Assembly (NCBI GenBank): GCA_900617105.1
Contig: UYFQ01000013.1
Coordinates: 1 to 64,000, forward strand
DNA length: 64,000 nt
Direction of reading: 5' to 3'
From: Hydrurus foetidus
Taxonomy: Eukaryota
A program made the position numbers and the translations under genes. The notes under the pieces were generated by a model. That model saw only the letters and a program-made list of their open reading frames with translations. It was not told where the DNA came from and ran no database searches. Shown here one piece after another: positions 47,301-61,279 of this stretch (position 1 is the first letter of the stretch; each line of letters begins with the position of its first letter).

Positions 47301-50300
47301 CAAGTTACACATGTAAAAAATTTAAACATGTCAGACATTATTGAAATTACAGAAAAAATGATAATTAGGGACAATAAAAATAAAGATTTAAATCAATCTT
47401 ATTTTCACCTTTTTTTGTTTACCAAATCGTTTCTCTTTCTCTCGTTGTGCAGGGAAGATAGTCGATCTTTTAATGAATCTAAAATACGATAAAACGGTTA
47501 AGAAAATTAGATGCAAATTAGCATTATAATTGGTACTAGATTTGTAGCTAACTTTTGTCACTTTAGTGTAAAGCGCTAAGTTGGAAAAAGATGAAGAAGA
47601 TTCCCGGCATTTTCGAAAAATGTGGTTTAAAGGAAAAATTCAATACCAATTAAAATGTAACACGAAGTACAACAATACAACACCAACACTAACACCAAAA
47701 CGCACATACACACAAGTGTAGCATGTACGTACGTACCAACAGCCAATTGTCTTCTCTCGATGCTTTGTTCTAGTTCCTTCAAAGAATCTTCTTCAGAAAA
47801 ATCTTCATCAATCCTAAGAACATCGTCAGACTTGAAAAGAGGTAGAGATCGAGGTAGAGAAGGAAGAGCAGAAATTGATATTCCAGTAGGCGGAGATTGA
47901 GGTAGTGATGGTGCTGTCGAAAGAGGTAGAGAATGAGGTAGAGAGGATTGTTTTTGACTGATGTTTAGTAGTACTCTAGAAGTCTCGAAATCTCCGGAGT
48001 AAGAGTCGTCCCCATCACTTTCAATTTCATTTTCATCCTCCCCATACTCCTCGTCTTCTACATCGTCTGCTATTTTTCGTTCTTTTTTATTTCCCGTTTT
48101 CACACCTATTGATTTATTGCCAGTCATGGCATTCCTTCCCTTTTCCGTCCTCTTCACCTCACCCCTTTCTTCTTCCTCTTCTTCTTCCTCTTCTTCTTGT
48201 TCTCCCTCCTCTTCTTGTTCTTCTTCTTTTTCTTCTTCCTCTTCCACTTCATCGACTGAAATGTCATCAACAAGGAGGGATCTTGAACCGATCAGATTCC
48301 GGATTTTGTTTGAACCGGATAAAAAATTACTGCTGTATTCATCATCCTCTTCTACCTCATTCTCTACCTCTTTTAAATAGCTTCCTTCATCCTCATCTTC
48401 AATCTCTGTTTCACTATCACTGTCATTTTTTTTTGATTTTCCATTACAATTATCTTTATCAACAAAGTTAACACCACGCTTGTTTTTCGTATCAACTTTT
48501 CGATGGTTTTTTACACCGCTCGAAATCACGGATTCTTCATCGATAAAATTATCCAAATATTCCTCTGCGATTTCAACACTGGAATTTTGATCTTTTAGGT
48601 CCAAGTTCCGAACACTTTTCTGTCCAAGTCGCGAATCTTGTTTCTTTGATTTCACATTTTCTCCGTATTCTTGTTTATTAGAAAATGAACTCGTTTGGAA
48701 TTCAATGCTCCCACTTCTCACCTCATCTTCTTCATCCTCTTCAACTTCGAAATTTTCATCCATACTATACTCTACCTCTTTTTCTGATGCAGCTGATAAG
48801 GTAGTGTTTATTCTTGGAGGCGAATTTGAAAATTCAAGTGACTCATAAACTACGGAATCTTCCGGTCCAGGTTCCAGGGATTTAAGTTGATTAAAAGGAG
48901 ATCGAGAAGTGGAAGAAGAAGAGGAGGGTTGGGGAGAGTGGGAAGAACGAAGGGGAGATGTTGTGTGTGGTGTGTGGGTTCCTGATACACCGCCTGTGAT
49001 AGAAAAAGAAGGGGGATGGGGGGAGGGGGTAGAAAAAAAGGGAAAAGGGAAATAAAGGTAACGAAATTAGGAAGGAATTGGATAAGTTAGGAATGAAGGA
49101 ACATGGAATGATGTCGAGAAAACTCGTCCAAAAATCCAGCAGACTCAAAATCTAAGTATTCTTGACATTGTGAGGGCAACAGATTGTGCAACCGTATTAA
49201 CGCATGCGCGTACGTACATACCTTTGTTTGATTTGAGTTGTTCCACGTCGTGCTGTAACTGGTAGAAAAGTCTCAGGTCTCGGAAAGATCTCGCGCTGGC
49301 TGCCCACCTCTCCTTCTCCAACAGAGCGCGGCCCTTGGGGGATAGATATAGGATAGGGGATAGTGGGGAGGGATAGGGGGGAGGGGAGACGGGGGAGGGG
49401 AGTGGGTGTTGTTTGAGATGTTGAAATCGTAGAAAAGGGGTAAAGGAGGGAAAAGGGGAAATGAATAAGGAGTGGAAAGAGGAAGGGAGGGGGATGGGGA
49501 GAGGAAAGATTGAATGAAGGAAAGGAGACAGGAGGAGAGAGGACAAGAAGCAGACGGCAGTAAGAAGTAGACCCTACACACTTGAAATCTGTTCTCAGTC
49601 TCATTTTACTAACTGATTTAGTACGCACCTCAGCATATTCCTGTTCCGCCATCCCCTCTCGCGCTGACAGAGTAGCGAACTGATTCGAAAAGTCTAATAC
49701 CAAAAGATGGATTGCGTGTTAAGATTTTCAGTTTTTAGGTTTTTGTTTCTTAGTAGTTAGTGAAGATTTATGAAATGAAATAGAGTGGTCAAATTGACAT
49801 TAGTAAATGCATTAAATGAGATAAGATTGAAAAAAAACTTACATAAAAATTGTTGAGATGCGGAGAATGATGGAAAAAAGTGTATAAAATACAATACGAT
49901 AAAAAAATGAAAAATCAGTCATGAACTCTTCATCTCCAGATAGCAAAAGTGATAAGGTTACCTTTCTTCCCTCTCAAAGCCATTTTTTCTTCTTTAATCA
50001 AGGCTAGTTTTTGTTTTCTTTTCGCTTTAAGGACCTCGATGTGCATGTTTAATGTCTTTTCTGTTCCTTTCATTCTTTTTTCCATTTCGACCTAGATATT
50101 CATATTCAAAAAATTAGATTGAAAAACTCGGAAAAAAAACTGTACTTGAAAATATAAAAATAAGATTATAAGTGATGACATTCTTTTGATTTTTACTGAC
50201 CGAGTACCAATTTAAACAAGAGTAAAAGACGTCACGATTAATTTTTCTTACCTTGTAGCTCAGGGTGAGTTTGTCGCAGTGAAGCGGATTCTTGGAATTT

Positions 50301-53300
50301 GGCAGGTCCAAGCTCCTACAACAGAGAAGACAAAACAAAAAGGAATTCAGGGATTTATCAATACAGAGGGAACTAAAGAAATAAATATATATGAATAAAA
50401 GTGTTGAAATTGATCAATTGACGCATAATTTAACAAACAAGTCACAAGATCTCGCAATCAATTTATCAATGTCGATAACCTTCTCAAAAGTACGGAACAA
50501 CATAAGAACTGTGAAACAAAAAGACACAAAACAGTGTCTCTAAAATATTTCAATTATATCAAAAACAGTCTACAACAGACCTTGTCCCTATGGGGGATCG
50601 AACAGGAGACCTGGAACGTGGACTTTCCTTATTCCGAAATTCCGACAAATATTTTGATGGCGATAATTTGGATGGTGAGAAATAAAATGACAAATCTTTT
50701 TTTGATGGTGAATAAGATAAATTGCTGTTGTTTATGTTTTCAAAATCGTTTATTTCTTCGTAGGAATCTGACGAATAATTTGCACTACTACTTTCAAATT
50801 TATCTCTACTGTTATTTTTGATTTTATCGTTATTTCTTGTACTGAATTTTCTGCTTCTCTTTACAGTTGAGTTGGTATTTTTGATGTCATTTGAGTTTAC
50901 ATTCTTGCTTTGATTTTTTGTTTTTACTTCATTATACTTGTCATCATCATTCTCTAACCTTATTTCATTATCGCTGTAAGTCTCATCATAACTATCATCA
51001 TTATTGTTATTTTTAACATTATTATTACTCTTATTATTATCGCTTTTATTCTCATTATTATTTTTATCGTTTCTATCATTTTTATTCCCGAAATTTTTGT
51101 CATCTGACAAACGTTGATTTTTTAATTTCAAAAATTGATTTTCCTTTACAGAATCCTCATCATCATCATAAGAAATGTTTCTTTGCTTATTATTAATGTT
51201 GTTATTATTTTTATTATTTTTATTTTTATCAATTTGTAATATCACAGATTCTTCTATGGTACTTTCTTGCTCGTACGAATCGTTATCGTACGTTACGCTA
51301 TTGATCGTTTCCTCAGTATCAACTCTACTAGACTTGCTATTATTCTTATCTTTCTTATTATCATTTTTCTTATTATTATCATTATTGTTATTGCTATTAT
51401 TCTTGTTATTATTGTTATTGTTATTATTACGAATATTAGGTGCTGAAGTGAATGACTTAGCACTACTTTCTTCTACCTCCCTCACTTCCTCTTCTTCTTC
51501 CTCCTCCTCTTCTATCTCTTCAAATGCATCGGAATAATCAGATTCGATTATTTGCTGCTGATTTCCTTTAATCTGCTGCTGACGATTTTGATTTTGTTGT
51601 TTTAGATCTTTCCACGTTTTCTTCGGTGATTCCGGAGAGGCAGAAGAAGAGGTAGTGACGGAGGTAGAGATCAATTGTTTTCTGTTAGGAACTGTATCTG
51701 CTAATGCAACACTAGATCGAGAATTGTCAATATCAAATGCAATCGAATATCCGTCAAATGCGTCATTGCTATTCGCATACGTATCTTCAACTTCAACTTC
51801 ATCTTCGAGTTCATCTTCTATGTCTGATGATGATTGATAATTATTTCTTTTCGTGTTCTTATTTACTTGAGCATTATTGTGCCTCGGTAATTGATTATTT
51901 TTTGTCAGATTATCACCAGCACTATTTCTAATCAATTCATTTTTATTATTCATTACTTCATTTATGTTCATTTCATCTTCATCCATCATCATACTTCTAC
52001 TTTCATTTTGATTTTCATTTTCATTTTCGTCACTATATTGTCGATTATAAGATTCAGAAGATTGTCTCAGAGCACGGTTTTCACTATCACGGATTTGATT
52101 GTCTCTATTTTTTAACCGATAAAATTTTTCCAATTCTTCATTTTCTTTTTCATTCTTTTGTTGTCTTTCATTTTCAAGTCGAATAATTTCATTTTCTCTA
52201 TAGTTTAATTCTTTTTCTTGTTGTAAAATTTTATCTACATTTTGTTTTTTCTCTAATTGTAATAGATCTGTGGCGTGTTGAAGATTATCGCTTGCTTGGG
52301 CTGCGAATGAATTCATCATGTTGTACTCATCTGAGAGTGAAAAGAGAGTAATGTTGTGAAGTTGTTACTGATCATTCACTAATTTTGCATAGTGCGTTGC
52401 TACTTATTAGAATTGGTAATACATTACAATATAGAAAAATGTAACGTCATCTACTTAGACATTACAGAACGGTCAGAATTGAATTTATCTCACATTGTCA
52501 ACATAGTGTAGCGATGAACACTGAAAGATAAATATCACATAAATAATAAGCACAAGTAAAAGATTCAATTATAGTGAAAAGAAAAAGAGACAGAAGAGAA
52601 AAAAAGAGACAGAAGAGACAGAAAAGATAAAAAGAGAATACAACAGATAACGGATAAGGAATATTAGAAACACATCGCTTTGTACAGACTTCAACAAAGT
52701 TCAAAAATATTGAAAAATCGAGTAAACTTCAATTAATGATGAAGCTCAAGTCAACTCAACAATACAGTGTAATGCAACAAAAGCAGAACGTACATAACAG
52801 AAAGTACTTACTCAGCATCGTCTGTCTCTGCATTTCATTCTGAATCCGCATCAAATCTTCTTGATTTTTCATATTTTCCAAATGGTAGAATTTTTCATTT
52901 TGATTCAATGCTGTACTTAATGATATTTCGTATGCTTGTTGTTGCATGAGTAATTCCTGCTGTGTGGCGTAATCGTGATTTTTAATCTGAGAGAATAGAA
53001 TACGAAAAAAATGTGAGGAGGTTATGAAATTTTAAGGTCGATAAAAAGAAGGAAACAGCATCAAAAATGCATATGAAAAAAGTCTTGAAACGCTTTTTGT
53101 GTTTCGAAGTATGCAAGTGTGAGTGTGACTGTGCGTATACGTGTACGTGCATGTTTGTGAATGAGTCAATAAAGAAGTGTACGTATGTACGTACGTACGT
53201 ACGTGCGCACGTACCTCGCTCTGCAGGATGTACTGCTGCACGACTTGACTGGCAGATTGAATCGCCTGGGATTGTTCCATCTGAGAAAGTTCAAGTACGC

Positions 53301-56300
53301 ACGCAAAGACTTCTTCTTGTTTCTGTAATTCATTGATCATTCTTAATCTCATATCTGATGGAGAATAATAATGGCTTTTATTTTCACTGATTTGATCGTT
53401 TTTACCGTCATCTTCATTTTCGTTATTATTATCTCCATATTCGTTATCGTAATTATTTCTGTAATCATTTGCATCTCCGTGTTCTTGCGTTTTACGGTTT
53501 ATAGGTGGACGACCTACGAATAAAATTCGAGAATGAAGGGGGAAATATGAAGTTCAAAAAACAAAAATAACGCCAGTGAAAAGTCAATTAAAAATTTGAA
53601 TAAATGACAGAAAAGAGAAATGTGGTAAATATACAAAAAGTGGAGTGTGATGTGAGGTGGGGCAACGTGACGTAACGTAACGTAACGTAACGTAAAGTAA
53701 AGTAACGTAAAGTACCGTAAAGTAAAGTAAGACTCAATAAAATAGGAAGTTAAGTAAAAAGATGAATAAAATAGGAAATAAAGTAAAAAAATACACTTTA
53801 TCAATGTTAGGCAAAGTGAATAATATAAAAGATGAAAAGTTACCATCACTATATTTCAAGTCTATCGGATGCTCAGCGGGGACCCTGGATCCATCTCTGG
53901 AATCTGTCTCCTGGGGGGACAAAGGTTTTCTCAATAAAGAATCCCAGAAGTGTAACGGAGTTTGATCATCTACTTCTCTACCTCTCTCTCTACCTCTTTC
54001 TCTACTACCTATATTATCATCACTATCATTTCCGTTGTGATCGTAGTTATTAAGTTGATTATCTGATTCTTCTTCACTGTCATTCATGTTATATTGATTT
54101 CTATTATGTTTCTTTCGTGAATTATACTCATTTCTTTCATTTATTAATTCTTGATTTTTTTCATCTTCAATTTCTTTTAAAACAACAGCTTCCAACAACT
54201 TCATTTTTTCATGTATATAGTTATTCTGGACATCTTCTCTTTCTTTTTCCGCTAAAAAAATTTCGTTATCAAAATCTTTTTCATTTTGCAATTGTAATAT
54301 ACGAAATTTTTCATTTTCATTTTCGATGGAAATATTTTTTTCTTTTTTCTTCTGTTCAAATATTTCAGATGCGATTAAAGATACGACATTATGGTACTCA
54401 TCATCATCTCCTTCTCCTTCTCCTTCTCTTTCTTCGTCACTGTCATCATCACTATCCACACCATCGTAACCAACGACTCCATCTCTCTCATCATCTTCGT
54501 AATTTCGAGGAAATTTAAATTTACCGTTTCCGTAAGTTTTCCGTATTTTAGTATCAGAATATTCTGGAAGTTTAGGTACGTAGGACTGACTCAACATTCC
54601 AGAAAGTTGACCCACGTTTCGCATCGAAACTAGATATTCAAAAATTGAAAGGTATAGAAAATGGCAGGAAATAACGTGAAATGCAAGTAAAGAATTATTT
54701 ATAGAAATTAGCACATTGTATTATGTACGTTCGTTTTTCGTACTTACCCGTATTGTCTGATCTAGATGGTACCGTTGAATATAACGGTTTTGAGCTCGAA
54801 TCCGTTATATTGAACATACCCGAATCCGAAATTGAATAACTGTCGATTTTTGCGGACCTAGAACCAGTCTGGAATCTGAGATCGGCAGGATCCATATCTT
54901 AAAAAAGAAAAAAAATGAAAATAAAAAATGAAAATAAAAAATGAGAAATGAAAAATGAAGATGGAGCAATGGGTGGGGAACGGAAAGAAAGGTAATGGAG
55001 ATTTAAAAATAAACGATTTATCACGAATTGTGTAATTGCTATTTGGAGATATACAGACACAAGATTATACAAGTGACGCACAACTGTATAAATGCTACGG
55101 TTGAAATTAATCTAGTACGATAGATAGCAGCATTTAGTACCGCAGTCTGCCATACATACCGTCTAAGCTTCCTGTATGGAAATTCACGGTATTTCCAGCA
55201 ATTCCGTAAATATCGGCTCTCGCTGATAATAACGAAAATTGTAAATTATCTCGTGCAGACTGTGATGTAGAGTTGTAACGAGGTAGTGGGCGAGGTAGAG
55301 AAATAGGTCGAGGTATTGAAACACCATCTTGAAAATCGCATAATTGATTATCGTTTGAATATACTTCATTTTTCGTAAATCCACTTCCTCCTCCTTTTCC
55401 CATTTCTATTTCCTTTCCTATACATTCTTTTTCTTCTTTCTTTTCGTCCATGCTAATATTTGAATAATTCATATTTTCCAATATTTTTCTTTTATCCGAC
55501 AATAATCCTAATTGCTGCTGAACTAGCGGATCCTGGACCCAAAACTTCCGTTCCATAGACAGTAACTTTTCATTTCTTTCTCGATTTATATCATTGTCAT
55601 TCATAGTATTGTTGTTATTGCTCTTGCTGTCATTCTTGCTGTCATTATTATTGGTAATTTTATTGTGAAGAAATTTTTTGTCAGATAATGGATTATTCAA
55701 CGAAGTATTTGAAACTTTGGTAAGAGAATCATTTACAGAATTATTAGATAATTTATTAAACGATTTGTTAATTGATTTATCAACTGACTCATCCATAGAT
55801 TTTGTGAAAGATTCCGTGATCGCCAAATCCGTATTTTGAACTGTTCCGAAAAAGCCTTCATACTGATTATTGACCTCCTCGTTATCCAATTCAATCTGAC
55901 CATAATTATTACGGTTTCCGTATTTTTCCCGGTTTTCGAAATCGTCACCAGAAAATTCTAATAAAACAGAATCGCGTTCTTCCGAGCCGTACAGTCCAAA
56001 AGCTGACGTGGATCTTGGGTCAAATCTAGGAACTGATTCCGAACCAGACCCTGGACCGGACTCTGGACCCGATGTTGGAACGGGCTTTGGAACGGATCTT
56101 TGACTGGACCCTGGATTAGATGTTGGAACGGGCTTTGGACCGGACTTTAAATCCTCGGGGTAATTCAGATTCTTTCCTTCGAAGGCAGGATAGTCACCGA
56201 TATCATATTGATCATTTCTCTCACTTCCTCTTTCATCTACCTCTTCTTCTCCCTCATATCCTTTTTCTTCCCAAGTGGCTTCTTCGCTATTTTCAAAATC

Positions 56301-58831
56301 GTCATTTTGACGCTGTACCAATCCGAGAGCATTACCGTACATACGTTCATTGTCCGTACCGACTACAGCACGTACACCCCACACCTCTGCACCGTAATCA
56401 TCTAATTCTGAATCGTACGTTACATCTGACCCCATTACGGACCGGGAATTAGACTGCCCCGGAGGTAATTTATTTTGACCCCCAGAATTACCCGTGGGAT
56501 TATTCTTGTATAGCCCGTCATAGCTTGCGCGATATTGCTCAAGCAAATCCTCCTCCTCATCTTCTCCTTCCCTTCCCTCCTTTCCTCTTTTCTCATCACG
56601 ACTACTACTGATATCTTTATTACCATTCTTGCCGCGTTTTTTCATTTTTCCATTTTCCTCTTTTTCGCTATCATTGTTCTTGACAGATGCATATCGATGA
56701 TTTGTACTCTGTGAACCCGAACTTAAAAAAGAATCGTTACCCCCCAATAAGTCCAAAACTCCGGACCTCATTCCCTTGGGGGACTTGTTTCTCACCATGG
56801 AACCTGGAGCTTTTTTCGGAATTTTTTCGGAATTACTTGACGTTTTTAGTTTTTTGCTTTTTCTGGTCGTATTTTTGTCCGATGTGTAATTCGCGATACT
56901 TTGTTGTGTTCTTTGTTTCTGTAATTCAGAATTCGGAACGAATATAGGCTTACTAGTTTTAGGAACATTCTTCGGAACAGTCTCAGATCGATTCATAGGA
57001 ACGTTCTTCGAAATATTCTTAGGAACAATTTTCTGTATTTTTGCAGATTCTGTTTGTTCTACTTTTGTCCCTCCTCTACTTCTCCTGCTTGCTTCCGAGG
57101 TAGAGAAAGAGGGAGAGAATACTGCAGGCAACGGAGGCTTGGATTGATATCCGGAATCTGAGAGAAATCAGTGAATATTGGTAATGACGATTTGACGGTT
57201 TTGATTCCGTGCTTCTTTATGGAGTTCTTATTGCTCAGAAGTGGGTGAATTTTTATTGATATATATAGACGACAACACGATAAAAAATAATGAAAATAAT
57301 CAACAGTGTCTGAAAGAAATGAAAAGAAATAAATATATGAATGACAAATAGACAAATAGATAAATGTATGAATAAATAAACAGATATCTAGGTAAATGCA
57401 TAAAATATGGCAAAGTTATGAGGTGCAAAAAAAAAATTCAAAATAGTTCAGATTTGCTCCGATTTCATCCTATTTGCTGCTGCAAATATATGCAGTTATC
57501 TTTTGGTTCATAACTCACACACCTGTGGTATATCCCTGTACTACCGGCCGCATAATTTGCCTGACAATGTTTCCCTTCGTATCCCTCACATCCACACGTA
57601 CACCCTGGCTGATACCGGGTGGGGACCGGACCGGGCCAGGGGACGGACCCCTCCCGTCCTGTGCCCTAGAACTTGGGTCAGAAATCGTGCGTACTTGATT
57701 TTGATTATACGTACTCATTTTTGGTTTAATTGTTGGCGCAACAGATTCCTGTTTGTAAGAAGGTGAAAACATTTTGATACTCGCTTTCTTTGGTTTCTTT
57801 GATTTCTTAGGAACATTCAGAGGAACATTCCCTGGATTGTTCTCAGAATGTACCCTAATTCTGCCCATATCGTTAATTAATCCTAACTCAAATATTGATT
57901 TTCTTTCTGGCTGATTGTCATTGTATTTTTGATTTACTCTATTCACTTCTTCCATTCTGAAATTTTTCTTTCGGTCGTTGTTAAGAATATCAGAATTCTG
58001 ATTCTGAGAATCAAATCGAGCTGTTCTGTTGTGTAGAGGAGCTTGTGAATCATTGGTACTGTAGTTGATGCTTCTGCGATAATGTTCTCCGCCTTTGCTT
58101 TCTGCAGAATATTCTGCTTCTGATTCCCGAACATTCTCCGAAGGCATGTCAATGGAATTTAAAATTGTTCTGCTGTACGATACGTTTGTTGCATTAAACT
58201 CATCACCCCTTCCTCCTTCTCCTAACGCCCATTGCAATGCGTGCACAGACACGTCATTGTCAGTCCCAGCATCATCATCAGGAGCTACGTAAACTTCATT
58301 TTTCCTTTTTATTTCTGAACGTGATTTAGCCAGTTGCTGTCTTGGATACTCCGGAAGAGGTTCGCAGGCAAATTTTCTGGCTTTCTTTCCAAGTGCAGCA
58401 AGTCGTTCAGCTTTATTTCTTTTTTCTTGTTCTGCATCTTCCTTAATTTTCAATGCTTCTGATCTCCATCTCCTTCGCTGTTCTTTTGCAAATTCACGTC
58501 CTTTCAATTGGCGGTCATACTTCACCTTTTCTTCCTGTTCCTCCAGAGCATTCTTGTGGACGATTGATTCTAATGAGTCGTCTTCCTCGTCTGTTTTAGC
58601 AGTTAACTTCAGCTTCGTTGCTCGTTCTCGTGTAGATGGTACCACAGATACTTTAAAAGAGTCATCGGGGCTGACAATGTTGTTGTTAATCTTTGGTCTA
58701 GGCACTATATCGACACCGCATGAAGGTATGTCTGATTCGTCGTAATTATATGTAATCTGATCATTGATTGGCAGGTTCTTTAGGTATGTTGAGCTCAGTC
58801 TGGGCACCTCTGGACGTTGAGAGATGGGCAT
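41396..58831 (-). CDS. Very large multi-exon gene for an acidic/Asn-rich low-complexity coiled-coil protein with an IQ-like motif; 3' end approximate
   Basis: Long same-strand ORFs 57515-58831, 55134-57131, 53734-54714, 50559-52319, 47627-48763 and 42912-45086 plus small exons, separated by pyrimidine-rich GT-AG introns; IQ-like AACTIQNCVRTYQAR near 45900. Confidence 0.7.
45257..45386. repeat. Intronic minisatellite, 25-bp unit x5
   Basis: AGACCCAAAGGG recurs at 45261, 45286, 45311, 45336 and 45361. Confidence 0.95.
45605..45699. repeat. (CAGTA)n microsatellite
   Basis: About 19 pentamer units. Confidence 0.95.
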
Positions 58832-59432
58832 TGTGCACCAATTCAGATTCGCAAGAGGACATTAGGAACAGAAAAATTCAGGAAAGTGCTGCCGATACTC
58901 AGCGGATAAAGAGTCACACTTATCATGGCAAACAAGTTTATTTGAATGCACGGCAGGAACGCTACAGTTTCAAACACCGTTACATGGACAGCTCAGCACC
59001 TGCGTTGCTATCGTACCGTCAAACTGTTTGATGCCCCCAGGGGGAATAAACGCTGTTAAATTTTTGAATTTTCAAAAATCAGCCAATCGTCGGTATACGA
59101 CCCCAGAGACCATAAGCGCTAGACACTAGGCATACTGTGGTCAGCTGGTGTGTGCATTGAGCACTAGCTGTGACAAAGGCAGCGTTGTGGCTGACGATGA
59201 CTACTGTTGAGCACGGCAATGGGGCTACATTCAATATGAGAGCTCTGTGGGGACTTGAGAGGTACAGTTTGAATCACTTGATTGATATAGAAACGGACTA
59301 TACGAAAACTTGCTTTCTAAAATTCCAATACAATAATTGTTTCATTATTGTATGGACAGTGAGAAGAATTGTTTCCTTTGTGCTCCGCACGCTCGTACAG
59401 TACCATGTGAAGTTGATATTATCCGGATACTA

Positions 59433-59913
59433 CCGTCCAGTGCCCTATTATTTGTTCGTTTTGTGGTATTACGATTTTACGATTCACTTTTTACAGTTAA
59501 AATGACGAAAACGGAAATTTTATCTCCATGGCCTCAGTGTTTCATCAAAATCTGATCATAGATTCAGATTCAGATTCAGATTCAGATTCAGATTCAGATT
59601 CAGATTCAGATTCAGATTCAGATTCAGCACACTTTTTTAAGCTAGACTGCTTATTCAGATATTTTCTAACATTTCCACATTTTGGAATATTTCGATCCCC
59701 CGGTACCGAAAAGTCAAAAAATCACACTTTACTGAAATATAAGAAAAAAACTAGAAATATTTCGCAGCAACTGTCATACAGTTTAATTTGCAGCGGCTCA
59801 TCATTAGTTTGAATCTCGTCAGCTCTCTAGAGCGGCATCATAATTGCGCTCAGGAAGTCCAAAAATGATGATATTTCGGAAATAGAAAATACAAATAATA
59901 GGGCACCGGACGG
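59433..59913. mobile_element. Tc1/mariner-type MITE
   Basis: TIR CCGTCC(A/G)GTGCCCTATTATTTGT; TA on both sides. Confidence 0.8.
59561..59626. repeat. (GATTCA)11 microsatellite inside the MITE
   Basis: Direct reading; the related inverted copy has only ~2 units near 59977-59989. Confidence 0.95.
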
Positions 59914-59924
59914 TATTTCAGAGT

Positions 59925-60714
59925 GTGGAAATATTAGGAAATATCTGAATAAGCAGTCTAGCTTAAAAATGTGCGCTGAATCCGAATCTTTGATCAGTCT
60001 TTGATGAAACACTGACGCCAAGGAGATAAATTTTTCGGTAAAATTTCTGTTTCCGTCATTTTGAGTGTCAAAAATTGAATCGTAATAGAGTGTTTGCGCG
60101 CCGGAAATTTCCGGGATCATTTTTCCGAAATGCATCGGAGATTTGTAGATACCAGGCTATCCCGAAACTTTAGTTTCGGGATGATGCTATTTCCTTTTTT
60201 TTTGGGAGGGGGGTGAGGGGCAGGATTCTATACGGTACTAAAAAGTTTCGTGAAGATGCTATTTCCTTTTTATTTTTGGTGGGGGGTGAGGGGGAAAAAT
60301 TCTATACGGTACTAAAAAGTTTCGGGATCGGCGGATACTTGAGAATCTGGGCGGAGATTTGCCGGCAAAGCGGTACCAAAGTGAAAATCCCCGGAAATTT
60401 ATGGGGTATTTCGCCGGAATTTCCGGTGCGCAAACACTCTATGAGTGTTTGCGCATTGGAAATTACAGAGATTCTGACCCCCTTTTTCCCGGTCCGACCC
60501 CCACAATCTTGAAATTTACGAGAATCTCGCAAATCCCCTGCAGAGATTCACGGGATCTCAACAATTTGCTTTCGCAAATTTGCGAGAGAAATCTGCAAAA
60601 CACGGAAAATCTCGGGGAATTAGAAAAATCCAGGGTCCGCAGAGTCTCAGTAATTTCAGATGCGCAAACACTCTAATATACCACAAAACGCACAAATAAT
60701 AGGGCACCGGACGG
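59925..60714 (-). mobile_element. Inverted, truncated second copy of the 59433 MITE, interrupted by hAT-like MITEs
   Basis: 59925-60085 plus 60676-60714 is the reverse complement of ~59433-59680, ending in the same TIR plus TA. Confidence 0.75.
60086..60675. mobile_element. Two adjacent hAT-like MITEs (60086-60441, 60442-60675)
   Basis: TIR TAGAGTGTTTGCGC / GCGCAAACACTCTA at the ends of each unit (the second left TIR lacks one base). Confidence 0.75.
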
Positions 60715-60716
60715 TA

Positions 60717-61092
60717 CAGTCGGAAGGTCCTATAGTCGACAAAAGTCCCACGAGAAAAAAAAAAGTTAGTGTAGATGAAACCGGATAAAATCTCGGAAAA
60801 ACCGGATAAATACACTGTTAGCCCACTTTTCAGCTGCACTATTTGTACGTTCTAACTGGTACGTCTTGATTTTTCACCATACTAATCCCGCGAGATTCGC
60901 CACCACTCAACTTTGACCTCTATTAACTCTCGCTGGAAGGTGAAAAAAACATTTTGAACCATATAGTTTTCTTCCTTTAGCTGAGACGAACAGATGTATA
61001 TGGTCAGAAATCTATTTTTTTACTACGCAAAACGTTTGATAGAGATCGCAATTCCCCCATATTAAATTGTCGTCTATAGGACCTTCCGACTG
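60717..61092. mobile_element. Tc1/mariner-type MITE (376 bp)
   Basis: 26-bp TIR CAGTCGGAAGGTCCTATAG(T/A)CGACAA; TA TSD at 60715-60716 and 61093-61094. Confidence 0.9.
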
Positions 61093-61279
61093 TATCCCGG
61101 AATCTGCCGGAATATTTCGGAGACCCCGTCCGTTGCTCTCGCTCTCCGTTCTCTGGCTTCGCCACTTCACTCAATCATTTCAGCGCGGTCGTCCATCTTA
61201 CGAGGAAATTCACTTTCAGTTGCTTTCGCCGCGGCCGAATTCCGTAGGAAACACGCAAGGCATTGTAGGAGTTGCTGCG

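Noticed and set aside
43360..52115. Ser/Phe/Leu-rich plus-strand ORFs
   Set aside because: Antisense of Glu/Lys/Asn-rich exons of the large minus-strand gene
61067..61279. N-terminal extension of the methyltransferase ORF
   Set aside because: Starts at a TTG inside a MITE TIR; the first ATG at 61280 gives a plausible signal peptide
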